The translations under genes and the position numbers were made by a program. 64,000 nt of DNA. It comes from Octopus sinensis. Lineage: Eukaryota. The stretch is from positions 1,488,001 to 1,552,000 of the forward strand of contig NC_043006.1 in assembly GCF_006345805.1 (NCBI RefSeq), written 5' to 3'. The notes below the pieces were generated by a model. The model was given only the letters and a program-made list of their open reading frames with translations, was not told where the DNA came from and did not search any database. Positions within the stretch are counted from its first letter, which is position 1, and the number at the start of each line of letters is the position of its first letter. This document shows, in pieces, positions 12,373 to 24,800 of this stretch.

Positions 12373-14440
12373 TGTAGTAGTAGTAGTGGTGGTGGTGGCG
12401 GCAGTAGTAGTGGTGGTAGTAGTAGTAGTAGTAGTGGTGGTAGTAGTAGTAGTAGTAGTGGTGGTAGTAGTAGTAGTAGCAGTGGTGGTGGTGGTGGCAG
12501 CAGTAGTAGTAGTAGTAGTAGTCAAATAATTCATATCTTTAGATGTGTAGTGAATGAAATCAATGTTTCTCCATGCTTGGTTCATACTCTGGCAACCCTA
12601 ATTTGGTTCTGTTGGATTTGAACTTGGAACACAGAGGGAAGAAACTAACCACTGCACAAAAAGCATTTTAGATTCATCACTCTACCATTCCGTTTTTGTC
12701 TACTGTTTGTAATTCTTCATTTATTTAATAATTCATCTATTTATTGTGAGGTATATTTGCCATCTCAATATGGCTAACCACTAAGGGTGGGTGTTACTGT
12801 AGCTTGTGGCCCCAGGAGAACATCTCCTCCAGCTGGCTTTAGGCACACTTTCTGTGTCCTATCGGTATTTGCAAAGGGAGGTCATCCTTCCCTCGTCAAC
12901 CTAAGTGATACGCACGGATTGCAGTTTCTGGGTATTGACCTGTCATCAGCGAATGACAATCACTGGTTTTCGATGAAAGGAGTTCCCAATGCAAATATTA
13001 ATATCCTTTTTCCAGTGACTTTTTGTCACTGATCTCGAAAAACTGTCTGCAAGCAATAATAAATCTCTGAACGAGGTATAAACAGTAACTTGTCGTGCAG
13101 TTACTGTTTATACCTCATTCAGAGATTTATTACATCTATTTATTATTTTACTGTTTTTTTAAATAATAATGAAATTATTGTATACAGTGCTCAGGTGCAC
13201 CACAACTTGTCAGAAAGTGCATATAAAGTACATACAGTAATGTAGAAATGTCTGGAAAGTGAACATGCTTGTGTGTGTATGGAGGGGAGAAAATCAAGTG
13301 TAGTGTTGGCGAATCTCAGGAAGCATGGAAGTCTTGAAGGATGCAGCGCTCCGACAACTAACAACCGATGCCGGCAGTTTGTTCCACGCTTCAGCAACTC
13401 TCAGCGTGAAAAAATGTTTCCTGAAGTCATGGGAGCTGTGCTGTTTTCTTACTTTTGTAAATATGTCCATGGGTGTTAGATGGGTGGAGTTTGAAGAGGT
13501 GCTCAGAGTTATTGTTTGTGCGATGGTTGATAATTTTATGGGTGTCTGCCAGGTCAGCTGCCAGACGTCGGAGTTTCAATGTGTCCATGCCCAGGGAAGT
13601 AAGGCGTTCAGGATATGGCAAATGCCTGATGGAGGGTATTCTTTTGGTTGCACGTCGCTGAACAGCTTCCAGACTGTTTTTGACACCAGAGCTGAAGTGG
13701 GAAAAAAAACCACAGATATGGGTAAAATTTCACCTAACTACAAATTTGAAATTGCCCCTGAATGAAGTCTCAAAGACCCCCACAAAATGATTAAAAGGTT
13801 TATTTCCCAAACACATGATTCTGGGTTCAGTCCCACTACATAGCATCTTGAGCAAGAGTGGTCTACTATAGACTTGGGCCAACCAAAGCTTTGTGGATGG
13901 CTTTGGCAGACAGAAGCTGAAAGAAGACCATTGTATAAATAGATATAAGTGTGTATTTAAGGTGGCGAGCTGGCAGAAACGTTAGCATGCCGGGCGAAAT
14001 GCGTAGCCGTATTTCGTCTGCCATTATGTTCTGAGTTCAAATTCCGCCGAGGTTGACTTTGCCATTCATCCTTTCAGGATCGATAAATTAAGTACCAGTT
14101 ACGCACTGGAGTCGATGTAATCAACTTAATCAGTTTGTCTGTCCTTGTTTGTCCCCTCTGTGTTTAGCCCTTTGTGGGTAGTAAAGAAATAAGTATTTCG
14201 TCTTGTCTTTACATTTTGAGTTCAAATTCCGCTGAGGTCAACTTTGCCTTTCATCCTTTCGGGACCAATAAATTAAGTACCAGCTGCATACTGGATTGAT
14301 CTAATCAACTGGCCCCCTCCCCAAAAATTTTGGGCCTTGTGCCTAGAGTAGAAAAGATATGTGTGTTGTGTGTGTGTCTGTGTGTGTGCATGTGTGTTTA
14401 TGTGCTAGTGTGTGTCTGTGTGCATGTGTATTTATGTGCT

Positions 14441-14476
<36 letters not shown>

Positions 14477-16444
14477 TTCCACTTGATATCTCATGAAAGT
14501 TGTAAAATGATTGTCACTGTTATGGAATCAGTGTTATTCATTTCCCATATTCTGTAAGCGCATGTCTGGACATGGGGAGATATTACTTTGTTTGCAAACA
14601 GGTGAAGTTTGGCATCAGGAAGGGCATCTCGCTGTAGAAAACATGCCTCAATCAACTCCATCTGGCCCATGCAAGCATGGAAAGGGGACATTGAAATGAT
14701 GATGATGGGTGGTGCTGGTGCTTGTTGTTGTTGTTGTTAAGCAACAAGACGGGTAAGGGTGATTAGGTGATGGTCTAGGGCTTAGGGGCGGGAGACCCCA
14801 GACCTTGGGGAAAAAAAAATCTTTGGTCGTCTTGTTGTAGTCAAGGGCTCTTCGTTGACGCCCGACACCACTGGGAGGTGACCCTCAAAGTCACTGGAAA
14901 TGGAGATCACCAGGTCCAAATTCTTGAACGGTTGGTGCTGGTGCTGGTAATGGTGGTGGTAGCAACAGTAGCAGCAGCACTAGTAGTAGTAGTAGCCTTT
15001 CTTCTAAAGGCACAAGGCCTGAAATTTTTAGGGAGGGGACTAGTAGACTTCATGGACTCCAGTATTTCACTGGTGCTTAATTTATCAACTCCAAAAGGAT
15101 GGAAGGCAAAGTCGACCACAACAGAATTTGAACTCAGAATATAAAGACAGTCGAAATAAGGCGGCGAGCTGGCAGAATCGTTAGCACGTCGGGCGAAATG
15201 CTTAGCGGTATTTCGTCTGCCTTTACATTCTGAGTTCAAATTCCGCCGAGGTCAACTTTGCCTTTCATCCTTTCGGGGTCGTTAAATTAAGTACCAGTTA
15301 CACACTGGGGTCGATGTAATCGACTTAATCCATTTGTCTGTCCTTGTTTGTCCTCTCTGTGTTTAGCCCCTTGTGGGCAATAAAGAAATAGGTATTTCGT
15401 CTGCCATTACATTCTGAGTTCAAATTCCGCCAAGGTCAACTTTGCCTTTCATCCTTTCGGAGTTGATAAATTAAGTACCAGTTACACACTGGGGTCGATG
15501 TAATCGACTTAATCCATTTGTCTGTCCTTGTTTGTCCTCTCTGTGTTTAGCCCCTTGTGGATAGTAAAGAAATAGGTATTTCGTCTGCCATTACATTCTG
15601 AGTTCAAATTCCGCCGAGGTCAACTTTGCCTTTCATCCTTTCGGGGTCGTTAAATTAAGTACCAGTTGATGTAATCGACTTAATCCGTTTGTTTGTCCTT
15701 GTTTGTCCCCTCTATGTTTAGCACCCTGTGGGCAGTAAAGAAATATATAAAGACAGACAAAATGACACTAAGCATTTTTACCCAGCATGCATCAGCTTAA
15801 TAATGACAACGTTATTTCCCTAAATCCTTTATTATTTTCAAAATTAACTGAAACAAAGACAGTGTATTTCATGAGAAATATAATAATAAAATGTTTCAAG
15901 TACATCAGTCCTAGAATAGATCATCATCATCATCATCATCATCATCTTATGTTCACTTTCTATTTCTGACACGAGTTGTTTTCTGAATTCTCAATTTTAC
16001 CATCATTTCTATTTTGTCCTGCTTTTATTTTCTAGGTTTTTCTCCTACTTTAAAATGGATGAATTCACTGACAATACATCTGTGAATGTTGTCAAACATG
16101 GTGATGCTTTCTTTACTATGACAGAAGTTGACAGAGTCCTACAAATTGACCCCGATTCACTGGACCCAGTCGACACTGTAGGTATCTTTTCTTTTGTCCT
16201 TTTTATTTTCACCTATTTCAGTCGTTCGACTGTTGCTTTGCTGAAGAGCTGCCTTCAAGGGTTTTAGTCGCAAGCATCGACCCCAGGGCTTCTACTTTGT
16301 AAGCCTAGTACTTATTCTATCGATCTTTTTTCCTGAACCACTAGGTTACAGGTACGTAAACACCCCAACATCAGTTGTCAAGCAGTAATGGGGGGACAAA
16401 CAATGACACAAATGCACACACACACAGAAATATAAACATAAACA

Positions 16445-16481
<37 letters not shown>

Positions 16482-19400
16482 ATATACAATGGGCTTCTTT
16501 CAGATTCCCATCTATCAAATCTACTCACAAGGCTTTGGTCGGCCAAAGGTTATAGTAGAAGACACTTGCTCAAGGTACAATGCAGTGGTACTGAACCTGG
16601 AACCATGTGGTTGGAAAGCGAGCTTCTTACCACACAGCCGTACCTGCACCTGTCAAGTTTGTAAAAATATCTTAATTTCCTTTTCTTTTAAAGAATTCTT
16701 AAGGACATCTTAGAAACAAGCTAAGACATTTTCAGTTAAAGCATGTTTGTTTTCTATTTTTATTTAGGCACAGGCGTGGCTCTATGGTAAGAAGTTTGTT
16801 TCCATACCACTTGGTCTCAGGTTCAGTCCCACTGCATGGCACCTTGGGCAAGTGTCTTCTACTATAGCCTCTGGCTGACCAAAGCCTTGTGAGTGGATTT
16901 GGGGATTTGGTAGACAGCTAAAAGATGCTTCTCATATATATAATGATAATAATGAAATTATTGTATACAGTGCTCAGGTGCACCACAACTTGTCAGAAAG
17001 TGCGTATAGAGTTTATGCAGTAATGTAAAAATGTCTGGGAAGCGAACAATGTATGAGTCAGATACATGCTTGCATGTGTATGGAGGGGAGAAAATCAGGT
17101 GTAGTGTTGGCGAATCTCAGGAAGCATGGAAGTTTTGAAGGATGCAGTGCTCCGACAACTAACAACTGATGCCGGCAGTTTGTTCCATGCTTCAGCAACT
17201 CTCAGCGTGAAAAAATGTTTCCTGAAGTCATGGGGGCTGTGCTGTTTTCTGACTTTGTAAATATGTCCACGGGTGTTAGACAGGTGGAGTTTGAAAAGGT
17301 GCTCAGAGTTATTGTTTGTACGATGGTTGATAATTTTATGGGTGTCTGCCAAGTCAGCTGCCAGACGTCGGAGTTTCAATGTGTCCATGCCCAGGGAAGT
17401 AAGGCGTTCAGGATATGGCAAATGCCTGATGGAGGGTATTCTTTTGGTTGCACGTCGCATATATATGAATGTGTGCATATATGCATGTGTGTGTCTGTTA
17501 CTGTCTCCTTGCCTTGATTTTATGTGATAGCTGTAAACGAGTATCACTGTCATACAAGCAGTACCCTTCATTCTCAGTCTTCCATGAATACATGTCTGTT
17601 TCCATCTATTAAATCCACTCATAAGACCTTGGCTAGAGCCAAAAACCCTTGCCCAAGTGCTGTGCAGTGGGAGTGAACCTGAAGCCACAAGGTACAGAAA
17701 TGCCCAAATCCTTATTTCGTGTTTTCTTATAAAAGAATTATCTTTGTATCTAAAGGGAAATCAATTTGCTTACTTCCAGGTTAAACTAACCAATTTAATT
17801 GCTGTCCACTCTGCCACTGCTCACCCACTTAAGGACCAGAATGGAACAATATATAACCTAGGATCAAACTTCAGAAATAAACAAATGGCCCACAACATCA
17901 TAGCAAGTGAACCAAATGACGACAAAGGTTTGTAGCTCATTTTGGGATTTGGTTTGCAAGATTCTTTATTTGAGTTCGCGTGTTGAAGCATTTTCTGTTG
18001 TGTCTGGGGAGAGTCATACATACACAGATACATATGCATACACACACATACATACATACATACACATGAATACATACATACATGCATGCATAAGCACACA
18101 CACACACACTGACCCACCCATATGTGCACAAACAAACAAAAAGGAACGCAGTGTAAATAACAGACAGAATAAAGACTATTGAAAAGGTTGCAAGACGCAA
18201 CGAAAATGTTAAAAAAAGAAAAATAAGAAAAAAAAAGTGGAAATTTTACTGGTGAGTGAGTGAAATAATAAGGCACGAAAAGAGAATGGCTCTCCCCAGA
18301 CACAACAAAGGTTTGTAGTGTTATTTGAATTTGGGAATTTACTTTTGGTACTAACTGGCACTCTCTCTCTCTCTGTTATGGCAACAAGGGTTCCAGTTGG
18401 TCAAATCAACAGAACTGTCCACTCATGCAATTAACATGTAACTGACTGAGCACTCCACAGACATGAGTACCCTTAATGTTGTTCTCAGGGAGATTTAGCA
18501 TGACACAGAGTGTGACATGGCTGGCCCTTTTACAAGGCATGGCCCAAGGTGCCATGCAGTGGGACTGAACCTGAGACCAAGTGGTAGGGAAACAAACTTC
18601 TTACCATAGAGCCACGCCTGTGCCTAAATAAAAATAGAAAACAAACATGCTTTAACTGAAAATGTCTTAGCTTGTTTTTAAGATGTTTTTAAGAATTCCT
18701 TAAAAGAAAAGGAAATTAAGATATTTTTACAAACTCGACAGGTGCAGGTACGGCTGTGTGGTAAGAAGCTCACTTCCCAACCACATGGTTCCAGGTTCAG
18801 TACCACTGCATGGTACCTTGAGCAAGTGTCCTCTACTATAACCTTTGGCCGACCAAAGCCTTGTGAGTAGATTTGATAGATGGGAATCTGAAAGAAGCCC
18901 ATTGTATACATACATACATATATACGTATATACACACACACATATATATATTTATATGTATGTATGTATGTATGTGTGTGTGTGTGTGTTTATATTTCTG
19001 TATGTGTATATTTGTGTCGTTGTTTGGTCCCCCCCCCCCCCATTATTGCTTTCCGATTCAGGTACAATTCGTTTTTTACCAGCTGAGTGGACTGGAGCAA
19101 TGGAAAATAATTTGCTGCCAGGAATTGATTGTGAGGTGGATACCTTAAGATGAAGTGAGGTGTTAGGAGGATCAACATCATCATCATCAGCATTATAATT
19201 ATCATCATTTTATGTCCACTTTTCCATACTTGCATGGGTGAGTTGTCCTTTGTTGAAGTAGAATTTCAGCAGTCAGATACTCTTCCACTTACCAATACTC
19301 ATCTGTTTCCAAATAAGGTAATTTTTCCACATGACTGCATATATTTTCATGGATGATTGGAAATAAATGACACCCCTTTGATGACAGTGATGCTCGTTTA

Positions 19401-20220
19401 CAACTATCATGCAATGCCAAGACAAAGAGGCACATGCATACATGCATAGGCAAACATAATTAGTTCAATAACTAATTAAAAGCAACACTACTGCTGCAAA
19501 CATTATCAAGTGCACATACTCAGAGTTTGTGTTTTGTTTGTTTGCTGGTTCACTGTGATACTAAAACACCTGAAAGTCATTGATAAGCCACAAAAATGGC
19601 CAAATGTAAGTATCCATCACTCCTGAATGGAACTGGAGGTGAGTTTTATCACCTTTCTATGACTTTCAGGTGTTTTAACATCTAGAGCAATGAAGGGGGT
19701 CATTCTCCAGGTGTAATACTGCAGCAGACCAGCAAACAAATAAAACATGGACATTGAGTATGCGTAGTCAATGAGAATCAAATCAAACCAAATCAAAATA
19801 GATGAACATCAATGGAATTTGTATCCTTGTGGTACCAGTGCCGGTGGCACATAAGAAAACCATCCGAACGTGACCGTAGCCAGTACCGCATCGACTGGCC
19901 TCTGTGCTGAGGGCACGTAACAAACACCATCCGAGCATGGCCGTTCACCAGCCTCGTCTGGCACCTGTGTCGGTGGCACATAAAAAACACCATCCAAGCG
20001 TGACCGTCTGCCAGCCTCGTCTGGCACCTATGTCAGTGGCACATAAAATCATCCACTACACTCTTGGAGTGGTTGGCGTTAGGAAGGGCATCCAGCTGTA
20101 GAAACACTGCCAGATCTGACTGGCCTGGTGCAGCCTTTGGGCTTGCCAGACCCCAGTTGAACCGTCCAACCCATGCTAGCATGGAAAGCGGACGTTAAAC
20201 GATGATGATGATGATGATGA

Positions 20221-20259
<39 letters not shown>

Positions 20260-21834
20260 CAGCTATATCCTGAGTATAGATAAGTTGAAAACTTATTTTC
20301 ACTTCTTGACCAATCATACTACACTCAAAACATGTTTTTATCTATCTATCTATTTTATCTACTTCCATTTCTCCACCGTCCCTTTATTTATTTTGCCCGT
20401 CTAAGTCCTCGCTCTCTCGTCTATCAACCTTTGCGTATTCCTTTATTAATTTTGCCCGTCCAAATCCTCGCTCTCTCGTCTATCAACCTTCGCCATCTTG
20501 AAGTCTGTTTCTTTAGTACACTTCCGCCTTGTCTAAAAAATTCCCCTTCCGGTCAACTTTACTTAAAAGGCAACCCCACACGTGCTCTATCTCATTCACC
20601 TAGCAGCTATATCCTGAGTACAGATAAGTTGAAAACTTATTTTCACTTCTCGACCAATCATACTACACTCAAAACATGTTTTTATCTATCTATCTATTTT
20701 ATCTACTTCCATTTCTCCACCGTCCCTTTATTTATTTTGCCCGTCTAAGTCCTCGCTCTCTCGTCTATCAACCTTTGCGTATTGGCGGTGCACCCGCCCT
20801 TGCCCACCCCCACCACCAATACCGGATATCTCTATATTTTTGCTCCATCTATACCGGATGTCGCTTCTCCCACCACCATTATAGGTGTCTACTCTTCGAA
20901 CCCCCCTCTTCAATACGCTATTTCACCATGCATTACCCCTCTCGTGATATCCTACGTTCTACTTGTCAAGAACCTGTCATCGTTTCTCCGAACCCCCCTC
21001 CCCACTGGTGCTCCCCTATATTTCTAACCCCCCCCCCCCCCACATAAAAAGCACCATCCGAACGTGGCCGATGCCAGCACCGCCCCGACTGGCTTCTGTG
21101 CAGGTGGCACATAAAAAGCACCAACTGACCGTGGCCGATGCCAGACCCCTCTGACACCTGTGCAGGTGGCACGTAAAAAGCACCCACTACACTCGCGGAG
21201 TGGTTGGCGTTAGGAAGGGCATCCAGCTGTAGAAACACTGCCAGACCAGACTGGAGCCTGGGGCAGCCCCTGGCTCCCCAGACCCTGGTCGAAACCGTCC
21301 AATCCGTGCTAGCGCGGAAAGCAGACGTTAAACGATGATGATGATGATGATGATGATATATATATATATATACACACACACACATGTGTGTGTGTGTAGT
21401 TCATTCATACTTGATAATTTTAATCTAAACTTAGGTAGGAGATAATTAAGGAAGTATATTTTATACCCTGCTGCTATACTGGTTATGTCCTTTAAAGTAT
21501 TATTTTGTGATGCGCAAATAGACACCACGAGTTTACCTTCGGATATGCTCAAATCAAATGGCAATTGTAGGTGTGGCTCATGTCAAGCGATGGTGGTGGT
21601 GGTGGTGGTGGTGGGGACAATCACAAACACAGTGGCACACACATGCATAAACATGTATACTTATATATATACAACAGGCTTCTTTCAGTTTCTGTCAACC
21701 AAATCCATGCACAAGGCTTTGGTCAGACTGAAGCTGGAATCGTGAGTTTGGGAAGCAAACTTCTTATCACCAGCCATATGTGTGCGTATATATATATATA
21801 TATACATACCACACACATATATATATTTACATAT

Positions 21835-21879
<45 letters not shown>

Positions 21880-24800
21880 AATATATATTTACACACACAT
21901 ATATATATATATACATATATATATTTAAACATAATATATATACATATATATATATTTATTGTTATATTTCGGAATGGTCATTTTGCCAGTTTAGCCAATA
22001 AATATTTACATTTATCTTTACGGCCTTTTCCAGCACCGTCCTGACTGGCCTCCGTGCCAGTGGCACATAAAAAGCACGATCCGATCATGGCTGTTGCCAG
22101 CCTCGTCTGGTCTCCATGCCGGTGGCACATAAAAAGCACCATCCAATCGTGGCTGTTTGCCAGCCTCATCTGGCACCTGTGCCGGTTGCACGTAAAAAGC
22201 ACCCACTACACTCATGGAGTGATTGGCGTTAGGAAGGGCATCCAGCTGTAGAAACACTGCCAGATCAGACTGAGCTTGGTGCAGCCTCCTGGCTTCCCAG
22301 ACCCCAGTTGAACCGTCCAACCCATGCTAGCATGGAAAGCGGACATTAAACGATGATGATGATGATGATGATGAATGTTAAAGGTAGGGGAACAAAATAG
22401 GAAATATGTGGTTGAGTAAAGGTATGTACAACTATCTAAATATTGTTTGTTTTTATTTGATAGATGCCAAGCCATTTGATAACCTCCGTATTGTCGGAAG
22501 TGTGCCATCAAGATGGAAATCTCATTATGCATATAGCCATAGTTTTGGAATGTCAGAAAACTACTTTATCATTCTGGAACAGAACTTATGCTTCAACCTT
22601 TTCAAAGCTGCTTTTGCCAAGATCTTAGGCTATGCCTTCGTGGAGTGCATGTCAGTGTTTGATAAAGAGGAGGTATGTATAAACATGAAACTTAAAGTAG
22701 CTCATGTAGATACTCTTTACTCTTTCTCTCTCTTTCCCTCCCTCTCTCTCTCACATACACAAACACACATTCACACTGACATATAACATTTCTATCTATC
22801 TCTAATCATCACCATCATCAATAAAGTTATTATGGTGCAAAATGCTTTCTTGTTTATATCGCCAGTGGGGAGATAAATTCCCGATACCTTCAGCACTGAG
22901 ACCACCAGATCATATGAGTGTTCATCATTGACAAGACCAAACAAGGTCGAAATCCTGTGATTTGGGGGTCTCAGCATTGGAGGTGGTGGGGATTTATCTC
23001 CCCTGCTACCAATATAAACAAAAAGGCATTTTGCACCAAAAAGCCAATGTGAGAATTTCTCTCATGACAACTACTACAGTAAAGTTTGTTCTAACGGAAC
23101 ATCCATGTATAAGTGGAGATAAGTATTAACTTCTTTATTCCATGCTAGCATTGGTTGAACAGACTGACAGGGTCCAGTGGGTCTAAGGACTACATCATGG
23201 TCCACTAGCTCCTATGACATGGTTTCTATGACTGAATGTACACACATACATACATGTCTCTGTGTATGTGTGAGTGTGTGTATGTTCGTGTCTCCTTACT
23301 TTGATTTTATGTGATAGTTGCAGACAAGTATCACCGTCATGCAAGCAGTCTCCTTCGTTTCCAATCTTCCGTAAAAACATGTTTGGTCATGGGGAAATAT
23401 TACCTGGAAACAGGTGAGGGTTGAAGCAGAAAGGATATCTGGCAATAAGGAAAAACTTCACCTGACCCATGCAGTCATAGAAAAGTGAATGTTAAAACGA
23501 TGATGAGGGGGGAAAAGAAAATACATGAATATAGTTTTTGTCTTAGAATCCACTCACAAGGTTTTGGTTGGCTTTGGATAAGATGCTTAATAAAAATTAC
23601 CATGCAGAATGAAATTAAAACCATTGGCTAATTGATATTGATTGATTGATTAATTATATAATTGATTGGTAATATAATTGAAGTGAATATAACCAGTGCA
23701 TGAGCTTTTATTGGCAATATGACCCTCTCAAAATACAAAATCAGTTTTAATACATGCTGTCATATCAAAAATCTTGAGAAGCAGAAACAAAAGCGAACAT
23801 TCATTCAGTGTTGTTAACTACACTGCCACATCTGCACCTATACCATCACCCAACCACTCAACCTCAAAACCACATTGATCTAAAACTTGTTTCCTGATAA
23901 TGTTTCCTCTCCAGCCATTTGGACCTGGATTTTTTTTTAAAGTTCAATATTTGTACATTTTTCAGGTTATGTTTAATGTTTTGCAAAAGAAAAATGGAGA
24001 ACGGCTGAAAATAGCTTACCGTGCAGAAAATGTGTTCTGCTTCCATTTTATAAACTCCTTTGAAGAGAAAGGACATTTGGTTGTTGACTTATGTGGTTAT
24101 AACGACTCAGCCGTTGTTCAACGTCTTTATGTAAAAAGTTTGGAGAAAAGCACAGAAATTGATGCAACTGCATTTTTCATGCGATATGTTCTCCCACTCG
24201 ACGTCAACGAAGAGGTAAGATGCAATATTTTCATCAACACTTTAGAAACACATCACTTTTAGATAATAAGCAGAACCTGTTATTATTCGAGTTTTTATTC
24301 CTAATTGTAATTATTTCACTTCGTTTATATCGTTGAGCTCTTGAGAAAACCATCTTACAATCTTCATTAGCATCCTGTTATTTAAGCATTTAGCTTTTAA
24401 CCCTTTCGTTACTGTATTTATTTTGAGATGCTGTGTTTCTTTCAATTACTTTAAATATAACAAAGAATTTAGTAAAATAACTTCGTTATCATTAAGCTAG
24501 TGTTAGGAACATAAATTGTGACTAAGGTTTGGTGGAAGATTTTAATTAAGAACTTTTGAAAACAAGACATTTGTACTACAGAGCCAGAGCCGGTTTCAGC
24601 CGGGTTTGTATCAAAAGGGTTAAACCAGCCATATCTTGGTCAAATATTCTACCTGTTTTATGTTCAAACTGGGCAGATCTGGCCTTTCACACCTACCTTA
24701 CAATGTCATTCTAAAATTATGCAGTCATCAAAATCTTGAAGCTACTAAACAATGCTGTATAAATAAGCATTACATTTGGCAGAATAATCTGAATTTTAAA

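Noticed and set aside
11785-12621. Poly-Thr, poly-Ser/Gly and poly-Val ORFs
   Set aside because: They come from an intronic trinucleotide repeat; the real exon ends at the 11923 donor.
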